Shown: positions 51,997-60,247 of the stretch, in pieces
Position numbering within the stretch: the stretch's first letter is position 1
Layout of the letters: each line of letters starts with the position of its first letter
From: Roseibacillus sp.
Lineage (GTDB): Bacteria; Verrucomicrobiota; Verrucomicrobiia; Verrucomicrobiales; Akkermansiaceae
DNA length: 64,000 bases
Assembly (NCBI GenBank): GCA_051251855.1
Contig: JBPOGI010000005.1
Location: forward strand, 64,001 to 128,000
Direction: 5' to 3'
Translations under genes and position numbers: made by a program
Notes under the pieces: model-generated
The model's database searches: none
What the model saw: only the letters and a program-made list of their open reading frames with translations
Told to the model about the DNA's origin: nothing

Positions 51997-53628
51997 TTAG
52001 TCCTCTTCTTTGGCTACTTTGAGGGTCTCCTCGATGGACTCGCGGGAGTTCATTACTACGGCGACGCGACCGGAGCAGGATTTCTTGAGGTCATACATGC
52101 CTTCGCCCAGCATCTCGTCGGAATCCTCAACCACGCGCTCCTGAACGGTGCGCGGCCACTCCTCGAGGCCGTCCTTGCGAGTGACCATGGCGAGGCTCAG
52201 GAGACCGACGCGGGTATGGAACTCGTCGTAGTTAACGACGCCGGCAATGTCGGAGTTATTAAGGGTGGCAGCCCAGCAGAACTTGGCGACTGGGAAGTTG
52301 GGATAGACCTCTTCTCCACCCGTAATGGACGTGATGACGAGCTTGGTGCCGGGGCCCATGAGACCACCGAGGCCTCCTTTGGGGGCGATCTGATTCATGG
52401 CTGTTTCAGCATCGGTGCCGGGCGCCAAGTGGTAACGACCTTCGCAGCGGGGGTCATCACTTTCTTCCACTTCGCGAGAGAGGAAGGATTCCACCTCACC
52501 GGGATCGGACGGCGGGAGCATCATTCTCGCGATCTGGTGGGGACTGGTGCACATCTCGATGACGAGGTCGAAGCGCTTGCGGGTGGGTTGCTCCATGAGC
52601 GGGGAGAGGTTGTAAACCTTGCGTACCCAGGGCTTGTCGCCTTCCTTTTCTGGGGGCTCCACGATTTCGATATAGGGCAGGCCCATGTCCTCGAAGCTTT
52701 CGTATTGGATGCCGAGAGGCTTAACGGCATCCGCTTTCAGTAGGCCGGGTTTGTAAGGAGTGCGCGCATAGTAAAACACTTCGGCCTTGGCTGGCTTCTT
52801 GGGCGGAAGGCCAGCCATCTCGCGGCGGGTCTCAGGGTAGGGTCGATCAAGGTAGTTGTCGGGTAGCTCACCGGTGGCCATGGCTTCGAGAATGTTCTCA
52901 GGCCATTCCGAAAAAATGGGTCCGTCGATGGAGGCGATGCCCCCGGCACCGATGACGGCAATGGCCGGCGGACCTTCGTTTGTTTCCTCAAGAAATCCGG
53001 GATCACTCCACCAGCGGTCGATGGCGGTCATGAAGGCGTTGGCACCAATCGACAAGGGTTCGCCCATGCTGGCATACTCCGGCTCCAGTCCGTCTGGAAT
53101 CTTAATAACCTGGCGTTGGTCGAGCACCGAGTATTGGCAGAACCAGCCCGGGGCTCGGAAAATCCCGTGCTCTTCCATGTCGGCCGGCTCGTATTGCCAG
53201 TTGAGGCAGCGGTGGCTCATATTGGCCTGGCACATGATGCACTCGGTGGACTTCATCCCCTCGCGGACCTTGAGACTGGCCCAATCGCCGATTTCGACCC
53301 GGTCGACTTTCTCGCCGACTGCAATGACGACAGCGCCGGCCTCATGACCGTTGAGCACGAGACCATCGCCGTCCTCGTCGGTGAAACCGATGGTGGGCGC
53401 GCCATGGCCGGCGTTGGTGCCGAGCTCGATATCGGTGTCACAAATCTGGGTTGTGTAGACCATGCACAGGACTTCCTCGGGACCGAGTTCCTTGGGCAGT
53501 GGGAGCTCAGATTCGGGGACTCTGATGATCTGCCGCTTCTGGCCGGGCTTGATGGGCTTCAGGGAGATGGCGAGGGCGCTTTGGAAGTCCTTGCCTCCAT
53601 AGAGTTTGGGGTCGATCGGTTTGTTCAT
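51997..53628 (-). CDS. Zn-dependent MDR dehydrogenase, glucose 1-dehydrogenase-like, with large insertions (543 aa)
   Basis: ICDTD, GHE, CxxC-x7-C, EPLS and GAGGIA Rossmann motif; ATG at 53628 (MNKPID). Confidence 0.75.
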   Translation of the reverse strand: MNKPIDPKLYGGKDFQSALAISLKPIKPGQKRQIIRVPESELPLPKELGPEEVLCMVYTTQICDTDIELGTNAGHGAPTIGFTDEDGDGLVLNGHEAGAVVIAVGEKVDRVEIGDWASLKVREGMKSTECIMCQANMSHRCLNWQYEPADMEEHGIFRAPGWFCQYSVLDQRQVIKIPDGLEPEYASMGEPLSIGANAFMTAIDRWWSDPGFLEETNEGPPAIAVIGAGGIASIDGPIFSEWPENILEAMATGELPDNYLDRPYPETRREMAGLPPKKPAKAEVFYYARTPYKPGLLKADAVKPLGIQYESFEDMGLPYIEIVEPPEKEGDKPWVRKVYNLSPLMEQPTRKRFDLVIEMCTSPHQIARMMLPPSDPGEVESFLSREVEESDDPRCEGRYHLAPGTDAETAMNQIAPKGGLGGLMGPGTKLVITSITGGEEVYPNFPVAKFCWAATLNNSDIAGVVNYDEFHTRVGLLSLAMVTRKDGLEEWPRTVQERVVEDSDEMLGEGMYDLKKSCSGRVAVVMNSRESIEETLKVAKEED

Positions 53629-53683
53629 GTGCTGGTCTGACGTGCGTTGCTGCGTCCGGGTTGAAAAGTGGTTCTGAGGTTTT

Positions 53684-54745
53684 TTAGAAAGCGATACAGG
53701 CGGGCGAGTTGCACTCATGCAAACGCAAGGAGTTTTCATCGACACGGCCGGTGTTGGGGTCAAGGGCGAATACGGAAATGGTTTCGGAATCCTGATTCCC
53801 AATCACAAGCCACGCACCGCCCGGAGCAAGTGCGAAGTCGCGTGGCGTCTTGCCGCCGCAGGGGAAGCATTGTTCCTGCTCGAGGCTGCCGTCACCACCA
53901 ACAGTGAAGACGGTGATGGTGTCGCTGAAGCGATTACTGACGTAGAGGGCTTTACCGGAAGGGTGGATGCGAATGCCAGCGGCGGCTGGTTCCACGCCCG
54001 GCGCAGCCTCGACTGTGTCGTGCTCGGCCACGATGGCCATCTCTCCCGAGGCCGGGTCGATGCTGACTGCAAGCAAGGTGCAGGTCAGTTCGCAAAGAAC
54101 GTAGGCGATGGGCAGGGTAGGGTGGAAAGACAGGTGACGGGGTCCGCTGCCAGCCGGGGTCTGCAGACTGCCGATGGGCGCTCCAAAATTGTTCGCCTCG
54201 TGCTGCCAGACCCGATCCGCTCCCAGATCACACGCATAGATCCATTTGCCACAGGGGGAGGGGAGCACTTGGTGCGCATGCGGAGCCTCTTGACGCGCTT
54301 CGTTGGGTCCTGTTCCCTCATACTTGGCTACGATACCATCGCCCACCTGATCACCGTCGACGGAATGGGCTGAGATGCAGCCACCCATGTAGGAAGCGAC
54401 GTAGACCATGTCTCCGGTGCGGACGACGTGACAGCTCGCGGCGCCTTTGGTGGAGGTTTCCGACACGATGGACAACTGCCCGCCTTCATCCCTAATGGCG
54501 TAAAGAGTGCCGTCCTCGTCAGTCTCGGAAACCGCATAAATCAAGCCCGTCGCCGCCTCGGCATGAACAAAGGTTGGATTGACGATGTCAGGCAGAAGGC
54601 CACGGCGGTAAAGACCACCATTGGCGAGGTCAAAATCGTAGCCATAAACTCCCTCACCGCATCCGTTCGGCACGTGGCCTTCGGGTTGGGTGTAACTGCC
54701 AATATAGAGACGTGCGACTTCGGTTTCACTCACGCAGCGAATCAT
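53684..54745 (-). CDS. Lactonase family beta-propeller (Pgl/YbhE 6-phosphogluconolactonase-like)
   Basis: YIGSYT, RQEAPHAH, DLGAD, GSGPRHL, YVSNR and GKTPRDF. Confidence 0.9.
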   Translation of the reverse strand: MIRCVSETEVARLYIGSYTQPEGHVPNGCGEGVYGYDFDLANGGLYRRGLLPDIVNPTFVHAEAATGLIYAVSETDEDGTLYAIRDEGGQLSIVSETSTKGAASCHVVRTGDMVYVASYMGGCISAHSVDGDQVGDGIVAKYEGTGPNEARQEAPHAHQVLPSPCGKWIYACDLGADRVWQHEANNFGAPIGSLQTPAGSGPRHLSFHPTLPIAYVLCELTCTLLAVSIDPASGEMAIVAEHDTVEAAPGVEPAAAGIRIHPSGKALYVSNRFSDTITVFTVGGDGSLEQEQCFPCGGKTPRDFALAPGGAWLVIGNQDSETISVFALDPNTGRVDENSLRLHECNSPACIAF

Positions 54746-54778
54746 GGATCCGGAAAATGTCTTTTTCGACTGAAATAC

Positions 54779-54819
54779 TCAATAATTTGTCTGTTCAGCT
54801 ACGACGGTCCTACCACGAC
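54779..54819 (-). repeat. Degenerate copy of the Y1-transposase upstream-end motif (cluster 1)
   Basis: + strand TCAATAATTTGTCTGTTCAGCTACGAC (25/27 to consensus) followed by GGTCCTACCACGAC. Confidence 0.85.
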
Positions 54820-54860
54820 TGCGTTTCCTAGGGATAGGTCATTGTAAGAGATTGCGGGTT

Positions 54861-55322
54861 CTATTCTTTTGGGATGAAGGCTGGAATCACTTTGCCCGCG
54901 TCTCCACTTGGCCAGACAGCTCCTTCCGCGATCCATGTCTTAAGCAGTTCAATTTCTTGGGGAGTGAGGCGGTGGCTGACTGGGGGCATGGCCTTGTCTG
55001 CGGCAGGGTCTTCCTGAATGACGGTGAGGAGTCGGCTCAGGCTGGGCTTGCCCGGAACGATCATTCCGCTTTGTAAAGCCTGCTCACCGGTCTCGAAGTT
55101 GGGGCGATTGGGGAGAGTCTCAGCATTGTGGCAGATGGTGCACTTGTTGGCCAAGATCGGCTTGATGCTCTTCGTGAAGTTGACTCTGTTTTCTGTGTCC
55201 GAAGCCACTTGTTTCGTGCCGGCATCCACAGGAGATTTCACGGTTGTTTCATCGGGAGGGGTGCAAGTGGTTAATGCGGTGCCTAAGGCGCTGGCTCCTA
55301 GGAGAATTAGAATCTGCTTCAT
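54861..55322 (-). CDS. Planctomycete-type cytochrome c (PSCyt1) lipoprotein
   Basis: VNF...IKPIL..KCTICH, IVPGKP..S.L, MPP, WI.EGA.W; LTTC lipobox; start MKQIL at 55322. Confidence 0.82.
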   Translation of the reverse strand: MKQILILLGASALGTALTTCTPPDETTVKSPVDAGTKQVASDTENRVNFTKSIKPILANKCTICHNAETLPNRPNFETGEQALQSGMIVPGKPSLSRLLTVIQEDPAADKAMPPVSHRLTPQEIELLKTWIAEGAVWPSGDAGKVIPAFIPKE

Positions 55323-55712
55323 CGTCTCGACTATGAGAAAATTATGGTGGATGTGCTCGCCCTCAGTTGTGATTTCCTTCTCGTATTTTGCGATGGTTTG
55401 GCCGAGGCACATTGGTCGTTTTCTCGTTGAGGGCAGCGCACATGGCTCGTTTTTCGAGAACGAGTCATTTGTGGAGGGGCTCTCTGCTCTACTTTCCTAA
55501 AGACGACTAAGACGTGACCTAATGGTGACGTTTGAGTTGAACGGGGTTTTGGAACTTAGGGTGAGGAAAACGTGTGAGTGATAGGGGAGAGGTGTTGCTC
55601 GGACTTCTTGGGATAGGTCGAAACGAAGGGAAGAGTGCAAAGGCTTCATCTTTTTTTCATTCCAAAGACTGCCAGTTGCTGAAAGGCGATCATCTGCTAC
55701 TTTGAAGTCGTT

Positions 55713-56153
55713 ATGAGTAAAGAAACAGTAATTGAAGCCCTTCGTCAGGTAGTAGCAGATTCCTATGCCCTCTTGGGACAAACTCACCTTTGTCACTGGA
55801 ATGTCCGTGGGCCTGGTTTTTTCGCCCTGCACACTGCCTTTGAGGAGCAATACACTGAGCTTTTTACGGCTGTTGACGAATTGGCAGAACGAGTGAGGGC
55901 TCTCGGTGCGTTGGCTCCTGGTGGATTGAGCAATCTAGCGAAAATCTCGGGGATGGTAGAAATCGCGGAAGATACACCCGCAGACGCAATGGTAGCTCAC
56001 TTGGCAAAGGCGAATCGTAAAGTGATTGCCAGTTTAGGCGAAGCACGCAAGGCTGCTTCCGAGGCCGGCGACGATGAAACCGAAGACTTGATGATTGCTC
56101 GGACCCAAATTCACGAGAAATACGTTTGGATGCTGGAAGCCTATCTCGCGTAG
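55713..56153 (+). CDS. dps: Dps family DNA protection protein
   Basis: HWNVRGPGFFALH..FEEQY, DELAERVRALG and HEK..WML. Confidence 0.93.
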   Translation: MSKETVIEALRQVVADSYALLGQTHLCHWNVRGPGFFALHTAFEEQYTELFTAVDELAERVRALGALAPGGLSNLAKISGMVEIAEDTPADAMVAHLAKANRKVIASLGEARKAASEAGDDETEDLMIARTQIHEKYVWMLEAYLA

Positions 56154-56239
56154 CCGAGGGCAAAGCTTTTTTCAGACCTTGGTCGGAGAGCCTAACCTTA
56201 CCGAAAATTCTCGGCCCGTGGTGTGACCAAGAATGGTCG

Positions 56240-56893
56240 CTAGATTGAAAAGTCACTGACGCTATAGAGTTGCTTTTTAATCGGGGAAAGGGTGCCTCGT
56301 GGCCTGCGGACGCCGGTGGTTATATTAGGTCCAAGGAAAGGTTCGGAGCCGTGGTAGAGAGAATCCACGAAGACTTTGCTTCCAATCAGCACTCCATCCG
56401 AAAAGTATCGAATGCGATGTCGAATGGCCTTTGGAATCGCCAAGTCGCCTTCTGTAGTATTGCTGGTGTTCTCGTCAAGGGCAGCGAGTTCGTTTTTTGC
56501 CTTATCCTTGCTCACTCCCTTCTTTACGACCTTGGCATTGAGAACCACCTCTTGTCCCGCTCTCAGCAGCAGCTTGCGATACTCCTTCCCAGTCCCGCCC
56601 TGAGCCCAAGTGCGTGTTCACTGGTCACTTTTGTATTCGAGGTTGAGCGTTGGCTGCTGGACTTACCCAAAGCCCTCGCCAAACCCGCTCGTGCATTCTT
56701 CCCACAACCCAACGCTTCGCCATAACTCGAACAACGATACTCCGCTAGGTCCTCGATAATACCTGCTCGCACCGGATTAAATCAATACAGGCTGCTACCG
56801 TGCGAGACGTCGTGCCGTCCTCCACAATCACACTCTTAAACCTTCCCTCCCAAAGTCGCCCCGACCGATTCTGACTACGATTGAACCAACGGG
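56240..56893 (-). pseudogene. Frameshifted, 5'-deleted copy of the Y1/RAYT-like transposase
   Basis: Colinear with the 3' half of 58877..60097 (RAGIIEDLAEYRCSSY, RIRYFSDGVLIGSK); single-base deletions near 56777 and 56615; similarity stops at about 56893. Confidence 0.88.
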
Positions 56894-56937
56894 AACACTA
56901 GCGGCTATGCTGCTTTTAGCAATGCAACTTCGGAGGA

Positions 56938-56985
56938 GAAGTAGCTCAGAAAGAACTGGGTGAACTTTGTGAAATTGCGAAGTGA
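56938..56985 (+). pseudogene. 48-bp remnant of the 3' end of a second formyltransferase allele
   Basis: Encodes EVAQKELGELCEIAK*, versus EVAQKELGELREIAK* at 47617-47664. Confidence 0.75.
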
Positions 56986-57076
56986 ACTCGAGCTACAAAG
57001 TGACCCATCCGTCAATCGGCATTTGGAGGCAGAAGAAGCCCTCTTCAAGCCGATTGCCGATTGCCGATTGCAGTTT

Positions 57077-58567
57077 CTAGTTTGAAGGCAGAATGACGGT
57101 GACCTTGAGGCGATACGAGTTGGATGAGGCATTGTCTTGATGAAGCAGCGTTTGCTCTCCGTTGACCCCAGCGATAGGTTCTCCGACAGGTTGCCAATCT
57201 AGAAGGTTATCGCTTTTTTCTAACTGGTAGGAGAGTTCTTCTTGTCCGTCCCAAGTCAGCTTGATCGTCCTTTCGGTAGTGTGATCGAGTAATTCGATCT
57301 GGGGCTCGGGGAGATGGAGCGCTCTCATGGTGAAATCTGCGGTGGAATCAAACCCGAGTCTCACCGGAAAAGCCTGGCCCTGACTCCCATCGCCGATGCC
57401 ATCGATGTCGGTAATGGCAAATGAGCTGACTCCAAGTCCGTCGGATTGGAGCAGCGAGTATCCACTGGAGACGGGGACGATCTCTTCAGCTGTCGGCGTT
57501 GTGATACGAAACTTTCCATCCGAATCGATCCCGATGGGAAGTTGTAGGATTTCAGTGGCTCTGGCCGAGTTAGTCAACGTGTAGAGGTAACCAAAGGCCA
57601 CGGGGGGATCATACCAGAAGCCACCTTCTTGTTGGAAAAACTCGAACAACCCCGAGGTATCAATTGAGCCTGGAAGGATAGGACTAAGTTGAGTTCCACC
57701 AATGGCATCGCTGTAGACGTGAAATGAATGGGCATCGAGAGTTGTTGTTGTTTGGCTTCCAAGGCCGGCTTCTACCCGAGTCATGGCAAAATCGACTTCC
57801 CAAACTCCCGTGGAAGCTGAAGTGTCAAAAGGGATGGAGAAAACAAAGCTTCCTCTTGCAGCTGATGAACTGGGACTGAGTTGACCTCCAGGTTGGTGAT
57901 TTGGACCCGTTCCGAAAGGGCCTCCAATTCCAATATTTTGGCCGATCACGATGGGTGCCTCGATGTCGGACGGAGGGCGCAAACGGATGGTGCATTCGGG
58001 GATCTGACCTGTCCCGTTCAGTGGGAGGATGTAAGAATAGTGAACTTCGACTCGCAAGGTTTGGCTCTGGGAACTCACATCCATCCCTCCGCCATCGACA
58101 TCCACTCGGGTTCCGAGAACACCAAAGGGACCAAAGGATGAAAGGGTCGCTTGAGCGATTGACCCTGTGGAAAACTGTCGGGTGGTGTTGGGTTGACCGA
58201 CGGTAATTTCCTCGCCGTCTAAGGTCACGTATCGAAGAATGGCAAAGTATTGCCCTAAAACGGTCGCTTCCGAGCGAAGCCGATAAACACCATCGTAGGC
58301 ATCTCCCGAGACAAAGTTCGCTCCGTGAGGAGCAAAGTAGATGGCGACAGGATCGACTTGACCGTTGATTTCGATTAAATCAACGACTCCATAGAGGATG
58401 CCTTTGGTGGAGATCAGCTCGAGATCGACATCCACTCCGGTTGTGAGAGGCTGGCCATTGAGGGTAATTTTTGCGCTATCCATTGGGATGATTGCAGAGG
58501 CCTCTGTTTGGAGAATAAGCAATGCGGCGAGGAGTTTTAAAAAGTGGGGGACGGGGCTTTTTTTCAT
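57077..58567 (-). CDS. Secreted hypothetical protein with C-terminal S.NL..W..YRL module
   Basis: Signal peptide; WYDPP..FGY.Y...GV..F.I..I...FP..L.F domain, then LPEP and the C-terminal module. Confidence 0.75.
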   Translation of the reverse strand: MKKSPVPHFLKLLAALLILQTEASAIIPMDSAKITLNGQPLTTGVDVDLELISTKGILYGVVDLIEINGQVDPVAIYFAPHGANFVSGDAYDGVYRLRSEATVLGQYFAILRYVTLDGEEITVGQPNTTRQFSTGSIAQATLSSFGPFGVLGTRVDVDGGGMDVSSQSQTLRVEVHYSYILPLNGTGQIPECTIRLRPPSDIEAPIVIGQNIGIGGPFGTGPNHQPGGQLSPSSSAARGSFVFSIPFDTSASTGVWEVDFAMTRVEAGLGSQTTTTLDAHSFHVYSDAIGGTQLSPILPGSIDTSGLFEFFQQEGGFWYDPPVAFGYLYTLTNSARATEILQLPIGIDSDGKFRITTPTAEEIVPVSSGYSLLQSDGLGVSSFAITDIDGIGDGSQGQAFPVRLGFDSTADFTMRALHLPEPQIELLDHTTERTIKLTWDGQEELSYQLEKSDNLLDWQPVGEPIAGVNGEQTLLHQDNASSNSYRLKVTVILPSN

Positions 58568-58876
58568 AACGATGATGGTGGGCGGATTAATCGACTCACC
58601 CCTTTAATCGTGAACATACGCGTCCGTTTTCAAAAAAGGCAAAATCCTCACATTCTGTGGAGCGAAAATTGGAGGGGAATGCTCTTCTTCCTCACACGAT
58701 CACAGAATCTCTTAAAAGGGGACAGACACCTTAAAATCATTACAATCGTGTCTGGGCCAATGGGGGAGGCCTTAAAAAACAGTCGGCAACAGTGGGGAAA
58801 ACTCCACGCGAAAGTCTTCCTTTAGCACGATGAATTAGTTTGTTTTGCGGCTTCAAAATTTGGGCCGCGAGATTCT

Positions 58877-60097
58877 TCACGGGTTTTGAAAGTCCCGGAC
58901 CGTGGAAAGTTGGTTCTTGAGAGGGGAGAGGGCGCCTCGGGGTCTGCGGGCGCCGGTGGTTCGTTTGGGTCCAAAGCGATGTTTGGATTTGTGGAAGAAA
59001 GAATCCACGAAATCTTTGCTTCCAATCACCACTCCATCTGAAAAGTAACGAATACGATGCTGAATGACCTTCGAGATGGCCAAGTCACTTTTGTTTTTGT
59101 CGTGTGCACTTTGACCCTTTCTCTGATTGAGCGTTGCGAGTTCGCTTTCCGCTTTCTCTTTGGACATGCCCTTCTTCACCACCTTGGCATTGAGAACGAC
59201 CTCTTGTCCCGCCATTAGAAGCAGTTTGCGATACTCCTTCCCAACCCGCCCCTGAGCCCAAGCCCGTGCCGCACTTTTAACTTCAATGTTCGACGTTGAA
59301 CGTTGGGCGTTTGATGTTCCCGAACCCAAAGCTCTCACCAACCCCGCCCGCGCCTTCTTCCCTCCGCCCATCGCCTCGCCGTAGCTCGACCAACGATACT
59401 CCGCTGGGTCCTCCACAATACCGGCGCGCACCGGATTCAAATCAATGTAAGCCGCCACCGTGCGAGAAGCGGTGCCGTCCTCCACAATCACACTCTTGAA
59501 CCGCTCCTCCCAAAGCCTTCCCGACCGATCCTGACTGCGATTGAACCAACGGGTAAAGCGCTGCAGGAGGTTCTTCATGAACTGGCTCAAATCGTTCATG
59601 CGATACGTGTAACGCTCAAAAACACGGGAGACCTCCGCCCAATGTCCGGCCTCGCTAGCCCGCGATAGTTCCTTCTCAATCTCACCAATCGCAGCATCCG
59701 AATAGAGCGCTTTGAGCCGTTGAAAAAACTCCTTCTCCTCCAAAACAATTCCCACCTCCGGCAAGTCAGCAGGGGACACCCCCGGACCCAACTCCTTCGC
59801 GCGTTCCTCCTGAGCCCGCAAAGCCGAACTCAACTCCACCTCACGCCCATCCCGCAACCTCACCGCCCGAATCATCGGAGCCACCTCCAGCAGAATGTGA
59901 AAGTGATTCGACATCACGCAATAGGACAACACCTGACACCCCGAAAACCCCTCCACCATCCGCATGAACATGCGAAACTTCTCCTTCTCTTCATCCCCAA
60001 AGGCGAACCTCCGATCAACCACGCGATTGATCACATGATAAATCGCCGGGGAATGAGGGTCATCCTTCCAAGGAGCCAGCCACCGTGGTTGAGCCAT
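58877..60097 (-). CDS. HUH/Y1 (IS200/RAYT-like) tyrosine transposase, copy 1
   Basis: YHVINR, HUH motif MSNHFHILL, GRLWEERFKS, catalytic YIDLNPVRAG, YRWSSY; ATG (MAQPRW) at 60097. Confidence 0.9.
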   Translation of the reverse strand: MAQPRWLAPWKDDPHSPAIYHVINRVVDRRFAFGDEEKEKFRMFMRMVEGFSGCQVLSYCVMSNHFHILLEVAPMIRAVRLRDGREVELSSALRAQEERAKELGPGVSPADLPEVGIVLEEKEFFQRLKALYSDAAIGEIEKELSRASEAGHWAEVSRVFERYTYRMNDLSQFMKNLLQRFTRWFNRSQDRSGRLWEERFKSVIVEDGTASRTVAAYIDLNPVRAGIVEDPAEYRWSSYGEAMGGGKKARAGLVRALGSGTSNAQRSTSNIEVKSAARAWAQGRVGKEYRKLLLMAGQEVVLNAKVVKKGMSKEKAESELATLNQRKGQSAHDKNKSDLAISKVIQHRIRYFSDGVVIGSKDFVDSFFHKSKHRFGPKRTTGARRPRGALSPLKNQLSTVRDFQNP

Positions 60098-60103
60098 GAG
60101 GGG

Positions 60104-60132
60104 AGCTTGAGATGGGGGAATCGCCGTGACAA
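60104..60132 (-). promoter_or_regulatory. Sigma70-like promoter inside the element end (probably leaderless transcript)
   Basis: TTGTCA-N17-CAAGCT ending 6 nt before the ATG; same hexamers and spacing in all three 5' copies. Confidence 0.5.
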
Positions 60133-60140
60133 GAGCTTTC

Positions 60141-60231
60141 TCAATAATTTGTCTGTCCAACTACGACGGTCCAACTACGACGGTCCAACTACGACGCAAC
60201 TACGACGATAATTTGTCTGTCCAACTACGAC
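60141..60231 (-). repeat. End-motif stutter cluster 2 (five CAACTACGAC cores)
   Basis: + strand units at 60141-67, 60168-81, 60182-95, 60196-206 and 60207-31. Confidence 0.95.
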
Positions 60232-60247
60232 GACCACGAAGACCTGT

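Larger units (their letters stand above)
58714..60167 (-). mobile_element. Putative complete Y1/RAYT-like element bounded by inverted GGACAGACA-loop hairpins
   Basis: AAGG[GGACAGACA]CCTT at 58716-58732 (+) and TAGTT[GGACAGACA]AATTA at 60145-60163 (-) flank the transposase gene. Confidence 0.6.

Noticed and set aside
57050..57071. (CCGATTG)x3 just downstream of the 57077 gene
   Set aside because: Real but short; no evidence of function or link to the other repeats.
60098..60160. N-terminal MDRQIIEK... extension of the transposases (also ORFs 61526..61711 and 63170..63439)
   Set aside because: The TTG start lies inside the end hairpin; the ATG at MAQPRW has a well-spaced promoter directly upstream.
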